Shown: in pieces, positions 11,446 to 19,964 of the stretch
How positions within the stretch are numbered: the stretch's first letter is position 1
How the letters are laid out: every line of letters starts with the position of its first letter
Source: Flavobacteriales bacterium DA487
Lineage (GTDB): Bacteria; Bacteroidota; Bacteroidia; Flavobacteriales_D; Sanyastnellaceae
NCBI GenBank assembly: GCA_049334165.1
Contig: JBEGHD010000004.1
DNA: 64,000 bases
Strand: one strand, 5' to 3'
Program-made: the position numbers and the translations under genes
Notes under the pieces: generated by a model
The model's database searches: none
Told to the model about the DNA's origin: nothing
What the model saw: only the letters and a program-made list of their open reading frames with translations

Positions 11446-11652
11446 GCCCTGAAAGGGCGTCATTCATCAGAGTTGTGCGAAGCACATCTCACGAAAACAA
11501 TTCTGAAAGACAAGTAAGCCCTGAAGGGGCGGTGTCAATTAATTACAGACTTAGGTTATTTTGATGTCGCCCCTTCGGGGCTCATGTGAATAGTTAGGTT
11601 CTATTATCAAAGGGTTTTACCCATTGTTGTAGGCTGACGTCCTTTCAGGACT
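11446..11652. repeat. hairpin-rich intergenic element, copy A (REP/MITE-like or structured RNA)
   Basis: Contains GCCCTGAAAGGGC, GCCCTGAAGGGGC, GCCCCTTCGGGGC (UUCG tetraloop), CAAAGGGTTTTACCCATTG and CGTCCTTTCAGGACT. About 75% similar to copy B with the same module order. Confidence 0.6.
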
Positions 11653-11762
11653 GGACTATAAAGTTAGCTTAGCTTGCAATAACCCTTCGCCTGATGGTAG
11701 CAACTGTTGGTCTTCAAACATTTGTTGTCTGAAGTTGATCTAAAAGAACGCTTTTAAATGTT

Positions 11763-12017
11763 TTAATCTTCTTTCTCAAATTCCGTGAAGGTGATTTCAT
11801 ACTCCTCATCGTTTACATTGCAGATCACCACTTCATGATTTTTCTTAGAGTATTCCGAATCGTAGTAAGCACCAAACTCTTTCATCAAGTCATCTTTCTG
11901 AATGCGGTAGGTGATTGATTCAATTTCCTTCTTTTCTGCCAACTGGTCCGAATTGATGGTACTTGTGCAACCCAACACGAAAATGGCACTGGCTAAAATG
12001 AATGAGAAATTCTTCAT
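11763..12017 (-). CDS. small lipoprotein (hypothetical)
   Basis: 84 aa, signal peptide plus lipobox (VLGC). Sits between the two repeat copies. Confidence 0.4.
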   Translation of the reverse strand: MKNFSFILASAIFVLGCTSTINSDQLAEKKEIESITYRIQKDDLMKEFGAYYDSEYSKKNHEVVICNVNDEEYEITFTEFEKED

Positions 12018-12077
12018 GACTTCTAGTTTTTAGTTTGTAATTCTTTCGAAGTTAAAGAATTATCTGTAAAAAAAATA

Positions 12078-12286
12078 GCCCTAAAAGGGCAACATCTATT
12101 AGAGTTTTGCGAAGCGCAGCTCATGAAATTGAAGTCTATTTTGGATTGAGCCCTAAAAGGAGCGACATCAGGAAATTTTGGGGTCAGGAGGATATGATAT
12201 CGTCCTTTCAGGACTCGGCCTTGCAGTAGGGTGCCTCATACAAAGGGTTTTACCCTTTGTTGAAAGCTGGCGTCCTTTCAGGACTT
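12078..12286. repeat. hairpin-rich intergenic element, copy B
   Basis: GCCCTAAAAGGGC, TTGCGAAGCGCAGCTCATGAAA (matches copy A TGCGAAGCACATCTCACGAAA), perfect hairpin CAAAGGGTTTTACCCTTTG, and two copies of CGTCCTTTCAGGACT. Confidence 0.6.
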
Positions 12287-12377
12287 CACATTCCTGAACG
12301 ATTTGCAAACAAAAAGCCGGATAGATACTGAAAAAAGTTCAGCATGACATCCGGCTTTGAATTATTTTCTCTCGGTA

Positions 12378-13331
12378 CTATTTCCTCTTCACCACCTTTT
12401 CGCAAGCTTTTGCCACGTGCGCTGCATCGAGACCGTACTTGGCCATGAGCTCGTGTGGTTTTCCGCTTTCTCCAAATTTGTCGTTTACTCCCACAAATTC
12501 AATTGGAGTAGGGGCGTGGCTGCTCAAGGTCTGAGCGATCATTCCACCAAGTCCACCGATGATTTGGTGCTCCTCAGCAGTCACAACAGCACCGGTTTTC
12601 CTGGCTGAGTTTACTACAGCTTCCACATCAAGTGGCTTGATCGTGTGGATGTTGATTACTTCCGCAGAGATTCCTTTTTTGTTTAATTCTTTAGCTGCTT
12701 CGAGCGATTCCCAAACGAGGTGGCCCGTAGCGAAAATCGTTACATCTGAGCCTTCAGTCAGCTGAAGCGCTTTTCCGATTTCAAATTTTTGATCTTCAGG
12801 AATAAATATCGGCACTTTGGGTCTTCCAAACCGCAAGTAAACTGGACCTTCATGATCCGCAATCGCTAGAGTTGCAGCCTTGGTTTGATTGTAGTCGCAA
12901 GGATTAATTACGGTCATGTTCGGTAACATGCACATCATCCCGATGTCTTCTAGAATTTGGTGTGTGGCACCGTCTTCTCCCAGAGTTATTCCAGCATGAC
13001 TGGCACAAATCTTTACGTTCTTTTCTGAATAGGCAATCGACTGACGGATTTGATCGTAAACACGGCCGGTCGAAAAATTGGCGAAAGTTCCGGTGAAAGG
13101 AATTTTACCACCAATGGTCATTCCGGCAGCAAGACCCATCATGTTAGCCTCGGCAATTCCCACCTGGAAAAAGCGATCGGGAAAAGCATCTTGAAACGCG
13201 TTCATCTTGAGCGACCCCGTGAGGTCGGCACAAAGCCCAACAACGTTTTCATTTTTCTTTCCAAGTTCCAACAATCCGTCACCAAATCCGGAACGAGTGT
13301 CTTTCTTTCCTAATTCTTTGTACTCTTTCAT
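12378..13331 (-). CDS. transketolase, C-terminal (pyrimidine-binding) subunit
   Basis: 317 aa with Pyr-binding and C-terminal transketolase motifs. Directly downstream of the N-terminal subunit gene. Confidence 0.85.
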   Translation of the reverse strand: MKEYKELGKKDTRSGFGDGLLELGKKNENVVGLCADLTGSLKMNAFQDAFPDRFFQVGIAEANMMGLAAGMTIGGKIPFTGTFANFSTGRVYDQIRQSIAYSEKNVKICASHAGITLGEDGATHQILEDIGMMCMLPNMTVINPCDYNQTKAATLAIADHEGPVYLRFGRPKVPIFIPEDQKFEIGKALQLTEGSDVTIFATGHLVWESLEAAKELNKKGISAEVINIHTIKPLDVEAVVNSARKTGAVVTAEEHQIIGGLGGMIAQTLSSHAPTPIEFVGVNDKFGESGKPHELMAKYGLDAAHVAKACEKVVKRK

Positions 13332-13335
13332 GATC

Positions 13336-14181
13336 CTAGTAATCGCCTATTGTTTCTTCAAGTTGTGAAAGTGCTTCTTTGAGTTGGTCGTCATCCGGAG
13401 CTACTCCGTGCCACTTGTGCGTTCCTTCCATAAAGTCAACTCCCTGGCCCATCACGGTAGTCATCAAAATCATGACTGGACGACCTTTGCCGGTCATCGA
13501 CTTGGCCTGGCCGAGAATGTCTTTCACGCTGTGGATATTGTTTCCGTCCATGGTTAAAACGTCCCAACCGAAGGCTTGCCATTTCTGGCGAAGATCTCCG
13601 AGGCTCATCACTTCATCTACAGGACCGTCAATTTGCTGGCCGTTGTAGTCGATGGTAGAAATGATGTTATCAACTTTGTGATGAGCTGCGTACATGGCCG
13701 CTTCCCAAATCTGACCTTCCTGCATTTCTCCATCACCGTGAAGACTGTAGATGAGCTTTTTGTCGCCATTCATTCTTTTAGTCTCAGCAGCACCGAGTGC
13801 AACACTGAGTCCCTGACCGAGCGATCCGGAGGCAACACGAATTCCAGGAAGGCCTTCTTCTGGAGTAGGGTGACCTTGCAATCTGGAGTCAATTTTTCGA
13901 AAAGTCTTTAGCTCTTCAACATCAAAATAACCGCTTCGGGCAAGCACGCTGTACCAAACCGGTGAAATGTGGCCGTTGCTGAGGAAAAACAAATCCTCGT
14001 CTTTGCCGTCAATTGTAAAATTCTTTGAGTTGTGGCGGAGGATGTCGAAATAAAGCGTTACGAAATATTCAACACATCCAAGAGAACCACCCGGGTGACC
14101 GGAACTTGCTCCGTGCACCATTCTAACGATGTCTCGCCTCACTTGTGAGCAAATGGTTCGGAGTTCTTCAGTAGATTTCAT
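13336..14181 (-). CDS. transketolase, N-terminal (TPP-binding) subunit
   Basis: GHPGGSLG and GDGE TPP-binding motifs. ATG at 14181 (MKSTEEL) preferred. Confidence 0.85.
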   Translation of the reverse strand: MKSTEELRTICSQVRRDIVRMVHGASSGHPGGSLGCVEYFVTLYFDILRHNSKNFTIDGKDEDLFFLSNGHISPVWYSVLARSGYFDVEELKTFRKIDSRLQGHPTPEEGLPGIRVASGSLGQGLSVALGAAETKRMNGDKKLIYSLHGDGEMQEGQIWEAAMYAAHHKVDNIISTIDYNGQQIDGPVDEVMSLGDLRQKWQAFGWDVLTMDGNNIHSVKDILGQAKSMTGKGRPVMILMTTVMGQGVDFMEGTHKWHGVAPDDDQLKEALSQLEETIGDY

Positions 14182-14290
14182 ATCGAAGAGTCTGTCGATT
14201 TTTGTGTGCTGCAAAAATAGAAGTCTCATTTGTCTACGGCTGCAAATGTTTAAAACTTTTGAGAAAATCCACTTTTTGAAACTGGCTCGA

Positions 14291-14327
14291 TTTGGTCTTT
14301 CTGCCTGCCTTTAAAAATGTATCTTTG
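14291..14327 (+). promoter_or_regulatory. putative Bacteroidetes-type promoter for ychF (-33 TTTG, -7 TATCTTTG)
   Basis: TATCTTTG at 14320-14327 fits the TAnnTTTG consensus. TTTG at 14291. Spacing is slightly long. Confidence 0.3.
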
Positions 14328-14352
14328 CGCCCGAAATTTCAACCTCTTTTAT

Positions 14353-15450
14353 ATGGCTTTAAAATGCGGAATTGTCGGATTGCCAAATGTCGGTAAATCG
14401 ACCTTGTTTAATTGCTTGTCGAATGCCAAAGCGCAATCGGCCAACTTTCCTTTTTGTACAATCGACCCAAACGTTGGGACTATTACTGTTCCAGACCCTC
14501 GATTGAACAAACTGGCAGACCTGGTGACTCCAGAGCGAGTGGTGCCCACTACCATCGAAATCGTAGATATTGCCGGACTGGTGAAAGGTGCCAGCAAAGG
14601 TGAGGGACTTGGAAACAAATTTCTCGGGAATATTCGTGAAACGGATGCCATCATTCACGTGCTTCGCTGCTTTGACGATGGAAACGTTGTTCACGTTGAC
14701 GGTTCTGTAGACCCGGTTCGCGACAAGGAAGTGATCGATACTGAGCTTCAATTGAAAGATCTTGAAACGATGGAAGGCCGCATCGCAAAAGTTGAGAAAG
14801 CTGCCAAAACTGGAGACAAAGAGGCGAAGAGAATTCACGAGTTTTATTCGAGAGTCATCAAGACGCTTGAGGAAGGGAAAAGTGCTCGTGTGATCGATCT
14901 CGAAGAAAGCGAAAAGCCTTTGATGAAAGATTTGCAGCTGCTGACTTCAAAGCCGATTCTCTACCTCTGTAACGTTGACGAAGGTTCTGTGAAAGACGGA
15001 AACAAATACGTTGATCAGGTAAAAGAAGCTGTAAAAGATGAAGATGCCGAAGTGCTCACTATTGGAGCTGCCATTGAAGCCGACATCGCAGAGCTCGAAA
15101 CTTATGAGGAGAGAAAGGAATTTTTGGATGAGCTGGGACTTGACGAACCAGGAGTTGCAAAACTCATTCGCACCGCCTACAAGCTACTCAAGCTTCAAAC
15201 ATACTTTACCGCTGGTGTGAAAGAGGTTAGAGCCTGGACGATAAAAGAAGGCTTCACAGCTCCTCAAGCTGCTGGTGTGATCCACACAGACTTTGAGAAA
15301 GGATTCATTCGCGCTGAAGTGATGAAGTACAACGACTACGTATCCCTCGGTTCTGAGAGCGCTGTGAAAGATGCTGGAAAAATGGGAGTAGAAGGGAAGG
15401 AGTACGTTGTGCAGGATGGCGACATCATGCATTTCAGGTTTAATGTGTAG
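14353..15450 (+). CDS. ychF: ribosome-binding ATPase YchF
   Basis: MALKCGIVGLPNVGKSTLFN P-loop, TGS domain at the C-terminus, ~365 aa. Confidence 0.9.
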   Translation: MALKCGIVGLPNVGKSTLFNCLSNAKAQSANFPFCTIDPNVGTITVPDPRLNKLADLVTPERVVPTTIEIVDIAGLVKGASKGEGLGNKFLGNIRETDAIIHVLRCFDDGNVVHVDGSVDPVRDKEVIDTELQLKDLETMEGRIAKVEKAAKTGDKEAKRIHEFYSRVIKTLEEGKSARVIDLEESEKPLMKDLQLLTSKPILYLCNVDEGSVKDGNKYVDQVKEAVKDEDAEVLTIGAAIEADIAELETYEERKEFLDELGLDEPGVAKLIRTAYKLLKLQTYFTAGVKEVRAWTIKEGFTAPQAAGVIHTDFEKGFIRAEVMKYNDYVSLGSESAVKDAGKMGVEGKEYVVQDGDIMHFRFNV

Positions 15451-15454
15451 AACA

Positions 15455-15946
15455 ATGAAAATTTTTCAAGCTCTCATTTTAAGTCTGACCATTCTGACTT
15501 TCAGCTGCTCTTCACCCGACAAAGGTGAGTCTCAGGAACCAGTAGAAAAAGCAGAGGCGAGAGGAGTGGAACAATCAGAAGAGCAAATTGCTGTAGAAAT
15601 CAATCGTCTGATGACCGAGCAGGAGGAAGCCTGGAGCTCAGGAGACCTTGAGGCTTTCATGCAACACTACTGGCAAAGCGACTCGTTAGCTTTTATCGGA
15701 AGAAGCGGAGTGAATCACGGCTGGCAAACCACTCTGGATAACTACCGAAAGTCTTATCCAGACAAAGCTGCAATGGGTAAACTGACCTTTGATAACCTGA
15801 GCATAGAAAAGCTTTCAAGTACACACGCTTACGTTATTGGGAAATGGAATTTAGAGCGGTCCCAAGGAGATCTTTCTGGGCATTACTCTCTTGTTTGGAA
15901 GAAGATCGAGGGTGAATGGAAAATCGTAAGTGATCACTCAAGCTGA
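15455..15946 (+). CDS. lipoprotein, SnoaL/NTF2-like (DUF4440-like) fold
   Basis: Signal peptide plus FSCSSP lipobox. ~160 aa with W-rich NTF2-like core. Confidence 0.5.
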   Translation: MKIFQALILSLTILTFSCSSPDKGESQEPVEKAEARGVEQSEEQIAVEINRLMTEQEEAWSSGDLEAFMQHYWQSDSLAFIGRSGVNHGWQTTLDNYRKSYPDKAAMGKLTFDNLSIEKLSSTHAYVIGKWNLERSQGDLSGHYSLVWKKIEGEWKIVSDHSS

Positions 15947-15959
15947 AAATTGAATTTGA

Positions 15960-16637
15960 ATGAATGACATTACTGCTCCGATAACTTTAATCATAACCGG
16001 GATCACAGTACTGGTTTCCTGGAGGGCCTTCAACAATCAGGAGCTGCTCCTGAAGTTTATGATGAATCCCTATCAGGTGAAACATCGAAAGCAGTACTAT
16101 CGAATTTTATCGCACGGACTCATTCATGCCGATTTCATTCACTTGCTTTTCAACATGTACATTTTCTACATGTTTGGTCAAATGCTCGAGCCTATCTTCA
16201 CTCAAGAAGAAGTTTTTCAAAGAGTGCTTCCAGGTACGCCCTGGTGGGGAAGTGCAGCCGGAGTTGCTTTTTACATTTTGCTTTATGTGGGAGCTGTAGC
16301 CTTTGCTACGTTGCCCTCACTCAAAAATCATAGCGATAATCCAAACTACAATTCACTTGGTGCTTCAGGAGCGGTGTCGGCAATTCTCATGGCTTTTATA
16401 GTCTTTCTACCGACTTATCCATTGAGCCTGTTTTTTATTATCCCAATGCCGGCATTTGTAGCTGGTGCTGTATTTTTTATTGCCGAGTATTATCTGAAGA
16501 AAAGCCGCATGACCAACATCGCTCACGATGCCCACATCTGGGGAGGTCTTTTTGGACTGGTTTTCATCACCGTTTTAAAACCGCAGGTCTGGGTAAGGTT
16601 CTTCAGCCAGGTTTTGGAATACATTCCCTGGATTTGA
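15960..16637 (+). CDS. rhomboid family intramembrane serine protease
   Basis: Multi-TM protein with GASGAVSAIL (GxSG catalytic Ser) and a downstream His-containing TM. Confidence 0.8.
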   Translation: MNDITAPITLIITGITVLVSWRAFNNQELLLKFMMNPYQVKHRKQYYRILSHGLIHADFIHLLFNMYIFYMFGQMLEPIFTQEEVFQRVLPGTPWWGSAAGVAFYILLYVGAVAFATLPSLKNHSDNPNYNSLGASGAVSAILMAFIVFLPTYPLSLFFIIPMPAFVAGAVFFIAEYYLKKSRMTNIAHDAHIWGGLFGLVFITVLKPQVWVRFFSQVLEYIPWI

Positions 16638-16664
16638 TGAGTTAAAAAAGGAGGAAGGATTTGA

Positions 16665-16964
16665 TTAATCTTGCTCTTCCCGAATTACGTAAACATCCTC
16701 GTTGTCACGTTTCATGAAATACTCTTCTCGGGCGAATTTTTCCAGGGTTTGACTGTTTGTTGTCAAATCCTTTAGTGATTCCTTCGCCTTTTTATTTTCC
16801 TCCAGGTACCATTCTTTCTGTTCCTGAAGCTGATTTAATTCACTTCTGGTTTCTATCATAAATGGAATGTCGATATCGTGAAAGAAGAGCATCCAAACCA
16901 CAAAGACGATGCTCGCAATGCTGTACTTGTTTTTGAGATATTTCGGAATCCGGGGGATTTTCAT
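16665..16964 (-). CDS. septum formation initiator (FtsB/DivIC-like) protein
   Basis: 99 aa with N-terminal TM followed by a coiled-coil region. Confidence 0.55.
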   Translation of the reverse strand: MKIPRIPKYLKNKYSIASIVFVVWMLFFHDIDIPFMIETRSELNQLQEQKEWYLEENKKAKESLKDLTTNSQTLEKFAREEYFMKRDNEDVYVIREEQD

Positions 16965-17067
16965 GCACCAAAAATAACGAGAAGAAAAAGAGGAATTGTA
17001 TTCGGAAACATTTCGTTTCGAACAGATGTGTGTTAAAACCTACGTCTAATTCAAAAAAAAGGGCCAC

Positions 17068-17101
17068 CCAATTGGGCAGCCCTTTAGTTTAAATATGATT
17101 T
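17068..17101 (-). terminator. rho-independent terminator downstream of clpC
   Basis: On the minus strand AAAGGGCTGCCCAATTGGGTGGCCCTTT is followed by T8. Confidence 0.6.
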
Positions 17102-17104
17102 GAG

Positions 17105-19729
17105 TTAATCTTTGCTGTCTTTCGATTCAGTAGATTCTTCTTTTTCATTGTCCTCACCTTTGGATTTGGCATTCGACTTAGTGTCAGTCGATTTTTTCTT
17201 ATCGCCTTTTCCAGGGGTTATCTTCACTTTTATTTCCTCGTTTTTCTTGTCGTAGTCAACCAAAATTGAGTCACCTTCTTTGAGGTTGGCATTGATGATT
17301 TCCTCTGCCAAAGGATCTTCGAGATACTTCTGGATGGCGCGTTTTAGAGGTCGTGCACCAAACTTCTGATCAAAGCCTTTGTCAGCAATGTAATCTTTGG
17401 CTTTATCCGTGAGTTCGATGGTGTAACCAAGTTCCTTCACGCGAACGAAAAGCTTTTCGAGTTCGAGGTCGATGATTTCGTGGATGTGTTCTCTTGTCAA
17501 AGAGTTGAATACCACAATGTCATCAATCCTGTTCAGGAATTCTGGAGAGAATGCTTTTTTCATTGCATTTTCGATAACTCCTTTTCGGTCGTCTTCAAGC
17601 TTGGCAGATTTGGCCGCAGTTGCGAAACCAACACCTGTACCGAAATCTTGAAGTTGACGAGCACCGAGGTTTGATGTCATAATCATCACCGTGTTTCTAA
17701 AGTCGATTTTACGACCCAAGCTATCAGTGAGTACACCGTCATCCAAAGCTTGCAACAGCAGATTGAAAACGTCTGGGTGAGCTTTCTCGATCTCATCCAT
17801 CAGGATAATCGAGTAGGGGTGTCTTCTAACTTTTTCTGTCAGCTGTCCACCTTCTTCGTAACCGATGTATCCCGGAGGCGCTCCAATCAGACGAGACACT
17901 GCAAATTTCTCCATGTACTCACTCATGTCGATTCTGATGAGAGAATCTTCACTGTCGAACATGTATTTAGCAAGTTCCTTGGCGAGCTGTGTTTTACCGA
18001 CACCAGTTGGTCCAAGGAAAATGAAAGAACCAATCGGCTTGTTCGGATCTTTCAATCCGGCACGATTTCTCTTAATGGCCTTGGCTACCTTTTGAATAGG
18101 CGTTTCCTGACCGATTACTTTTCCTTTCAGTTCCTGATCGAGGCGAGCGAGACGGCCACTTTCTTTCTCTGCAATTCGCTGTACAGGAACACCTGTCATC
18201 ATCGCCACAACTTCACTTACGTGCTCTTCGGTAACCGTTTCTCTGTGGGTTTTCGTTTCCTCTTCCCAGCGTTTTTTGGCCGCATCGAGTTTTTCGATTA
18301 GCTGACGCTCTTTGTCGCGAAGTTTTGCAGCCTCTTCGTATTTCTGACTGCGAACCACCTGAGTCTTTTCATCCTTGATGTCCTCGATGTCTTCTTCGAT
18401 CTCGACAATCTCTTTAGGGACTTTGATGTTTTTGAGGTGAACTCTTGCACCAACTTCATCGAGCGCATCGATCGCCTTGTCCGGCAAGAATCGATCGGTC
18501 ATGTAGCGCGTGGTCAAAGTAACACAAGCTTTTATCGCCTCGTCAGTGTAGTCTACGCTGTGGTGGCTTTCGTACTTGTCTTTGATATTGTGCAGAATTG
18601 TTTCTGTCTGTTCGATTGTAGTAGGTTCTACAATCACTTTTTGGAATCTTCTCTCGAGAGCTCCGTCTTTTTCAATGTGCTGGCGATACTCATCGAGTGT
18701 AGTGGCTCCAATGCATTGAATTTCACCACGGGCCAGTGCTGGTTTAAACATGTTTGACGCATCAAGCGAACCGCTTGCGCCACCTGCACCTACAATCGTG
18801 TGCAGCTCATCGATGAAGAGAATCACGTTTGGTGATTTTTCCAATTCGTTCATCACAGCCTTCATGCGTTCCTCAAACTGACCGCGATACTTTGTACCTG
18901 CAACGAGTGAAGCCACATCAAGAGTCACAATTCTTTTATCGAACAAAACTCTAGAGACTTTCTTCTGGATAATTCTAAGCGCAAGTCCTTCGGCAATGGC
19001 CGATTTACCAACGCCAGGTTCACCGATCAGAATCGGGTTGTTTTTCTTTCTCCTGGAAAGGATCTGAGAAACTCTCTCGATCTCCTTTTCGCGTCCGACA
19101 ATTTGGTCGAGCTTATCTTCCTCAGCCAGTTTTGTGAGGTCACGGCCAAAGTTGTCCAAGACAGGGGTTTTGCTTTTGCTATCACCTTTCTTGGGGTTTC
19201 CTCCTCCGGAGCCGCCAGAGAATCCGCGATCGTCATCGTCATCCTGAGCCGAGCCAGGAAACTCCGAACGTGGGATATCCATATCAGAATCTTCTTGTAA
19301 AATCATTTCAAATTCTTCTTTTGCAACATCGTAGTCGATGTTGAATTGCATTAGGGTGCGAGTAGCTACATTGTCTTCATCCTTGAGGATAGACAGTAGC
19401 AAATGCTCAGTTCCAATTATTGGACTCTTGAAGATTTTCGCTTCCAGATATGTGATTTTCAAAATCTTTTCTGCCTGTTTCACGAGCGGGATGTTTCCCT
19501 GAACAGTGCTTTTTGTGGTGTTTGATTGTATTGAGTTTTCCACAAATTTTCTCAACTTTTGAAGGTCAACATTCAATCCCTCGAGGATTTTCACAGCCGT
19601 ACCTTCACCTTCCCGGATAATTCCGAGCAAAAGGTGCTCCACACCAATGTAGCCATGGCCCAGTCTCAGAGCCTCTTCGCGACTGTAGGTGATGACATCT
19701 TTCACACGTGGTGAAAATTTCGCTTCCAT
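17105..19729 (-). CDS. clpC: ATP-dependent Clp protease ATP-binding subunit ClpC (Clp/Hsp100 AAA+ chaperone)
   Basis: Two Clp_N repeats, two AAA+ modules (GEPGVGKS and GPTGVGKT Walker A), a UVR-like linker (KYEEAAKLRDKE) and a Lys/Glu/Asp-rich C-terminal tail. ATG at 19729 (MEAKFSPRV) preferred. Confidence 0.85.
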   Translation of the reverse strand: MEAKFSPRVKDVITYSREEALRLGHGYIGVEHLLLGIIREGEGTAVKILEGLNVDLQKLRKFVENSIQSNTTKSTVQGNIPLVKQAEKILKITYLEAKIFKSPIIGTEHLLLSILKDEDNVATRTLMQFNIDYDVAKEEFEMILQEDSDMDIPRSEFPGSAQDDDDDRGFSGGSGGGNPKKGDSKSKTPVLDNFGRDLTKLAEEDKLDQIVGREKEIERVSQILSRRKKNNPILIGEPGVGKSAIAEGLALRIIQKKVSRVLFDKRIVTLDVASLVAGTKYRGQFEERMKAVMNELEKSPNVILFIDELHTIVGAGGASGSLDASNMFKPALARGEIQCIGATTLDEYRQHIEKDGALERRFQKVIVEPTTIEQTETILHNIKDKYESHHSVDYTDEAIKACVTLTTRYMTDRFLPDKAIDALDEVGARVHLKNIKVPKEIVEIEEDIEDIKDEKTQVVRSQKYEEAAKLRDKERQLIEKLDAAKKRWEEETKTHRETVTEEHVSEVVAMMTGVPVQRIAEKESGRLARLDQELKGKVIGQETPIQKVAKAIKRNRAGLKDPNKPIGSFIFLGPTGVGKTQLAKELAKYMFDSEDSLIRIDMSEYMEKFAVSRLIGAPPGYIGYEEGGQLTEKVRRHPYSIILMDEIEKAHPDVFNLLLQALDDGVLTDSLGRKIDFRNTVMIMTSNLGARQLQDFGTGVGFATAAKSAKLEDDRKGVIENAMKKAFSPEFLNRIDDIVVFNSLTREHIHEIIDLELEKLFVRVKELGYTIELTDKAKDYIADKGFDQKFGARPLKRAIQKYLEDPLAEEIINANLKEGDSILVDYDKKNEEIKVKITPGKGDKKKSTDTKSNAKSKGEDNEKEESTESKDSKD

Positions 19730-19793
19730 AAAACGTTCTCCTATTTTAGTGTTGTGTTGATTTGCTAAATTTAAGGCTTCGAGCACCCATTTT

Positions 19794-19801
19794 CAAAATT
19801 A
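19794..19801 (-). promoter_or_regulatory. putative -7 box (TAATTTTG on minus strand) upstream of clpC
   Basis: Matches the Bacteroidetes TAnnTTTG consensus ~65 nt upstream of the clpC ATG. Confidence 0.3.
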
Positions 19802-19964
19802 TATTCTCTAATGCTTGTAGGTCTATTCCGACCGGGTTGTTATCCACAGAATTTTGTGAAAAATTTAGCGCTCTAAAAAGGTTAACGAGCGACTCAAAAG
19901 CCATATTTTAGCTGCTTGCATTTGTGCACTTCAATATTTGTGCAAAAAATAGAAATAAGACGAT

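Noticed and set aside
11440-12300. CRISPR array as an explanation for the repeated hairpins
   Set aside because: The repeats are not evenly spaced direct repeats with unique spacers. They are imperfect palindromes of varied sequence. No cas genes are nearby.
19839-19847. Perfect DnaA box TTATCCACA upstream of gyrA
   Set aside because: Only a single 9-mer is present, with no cluster and no AT-rich DUE. One chance match is expected in 64 kb on two strands. Not an oriC.
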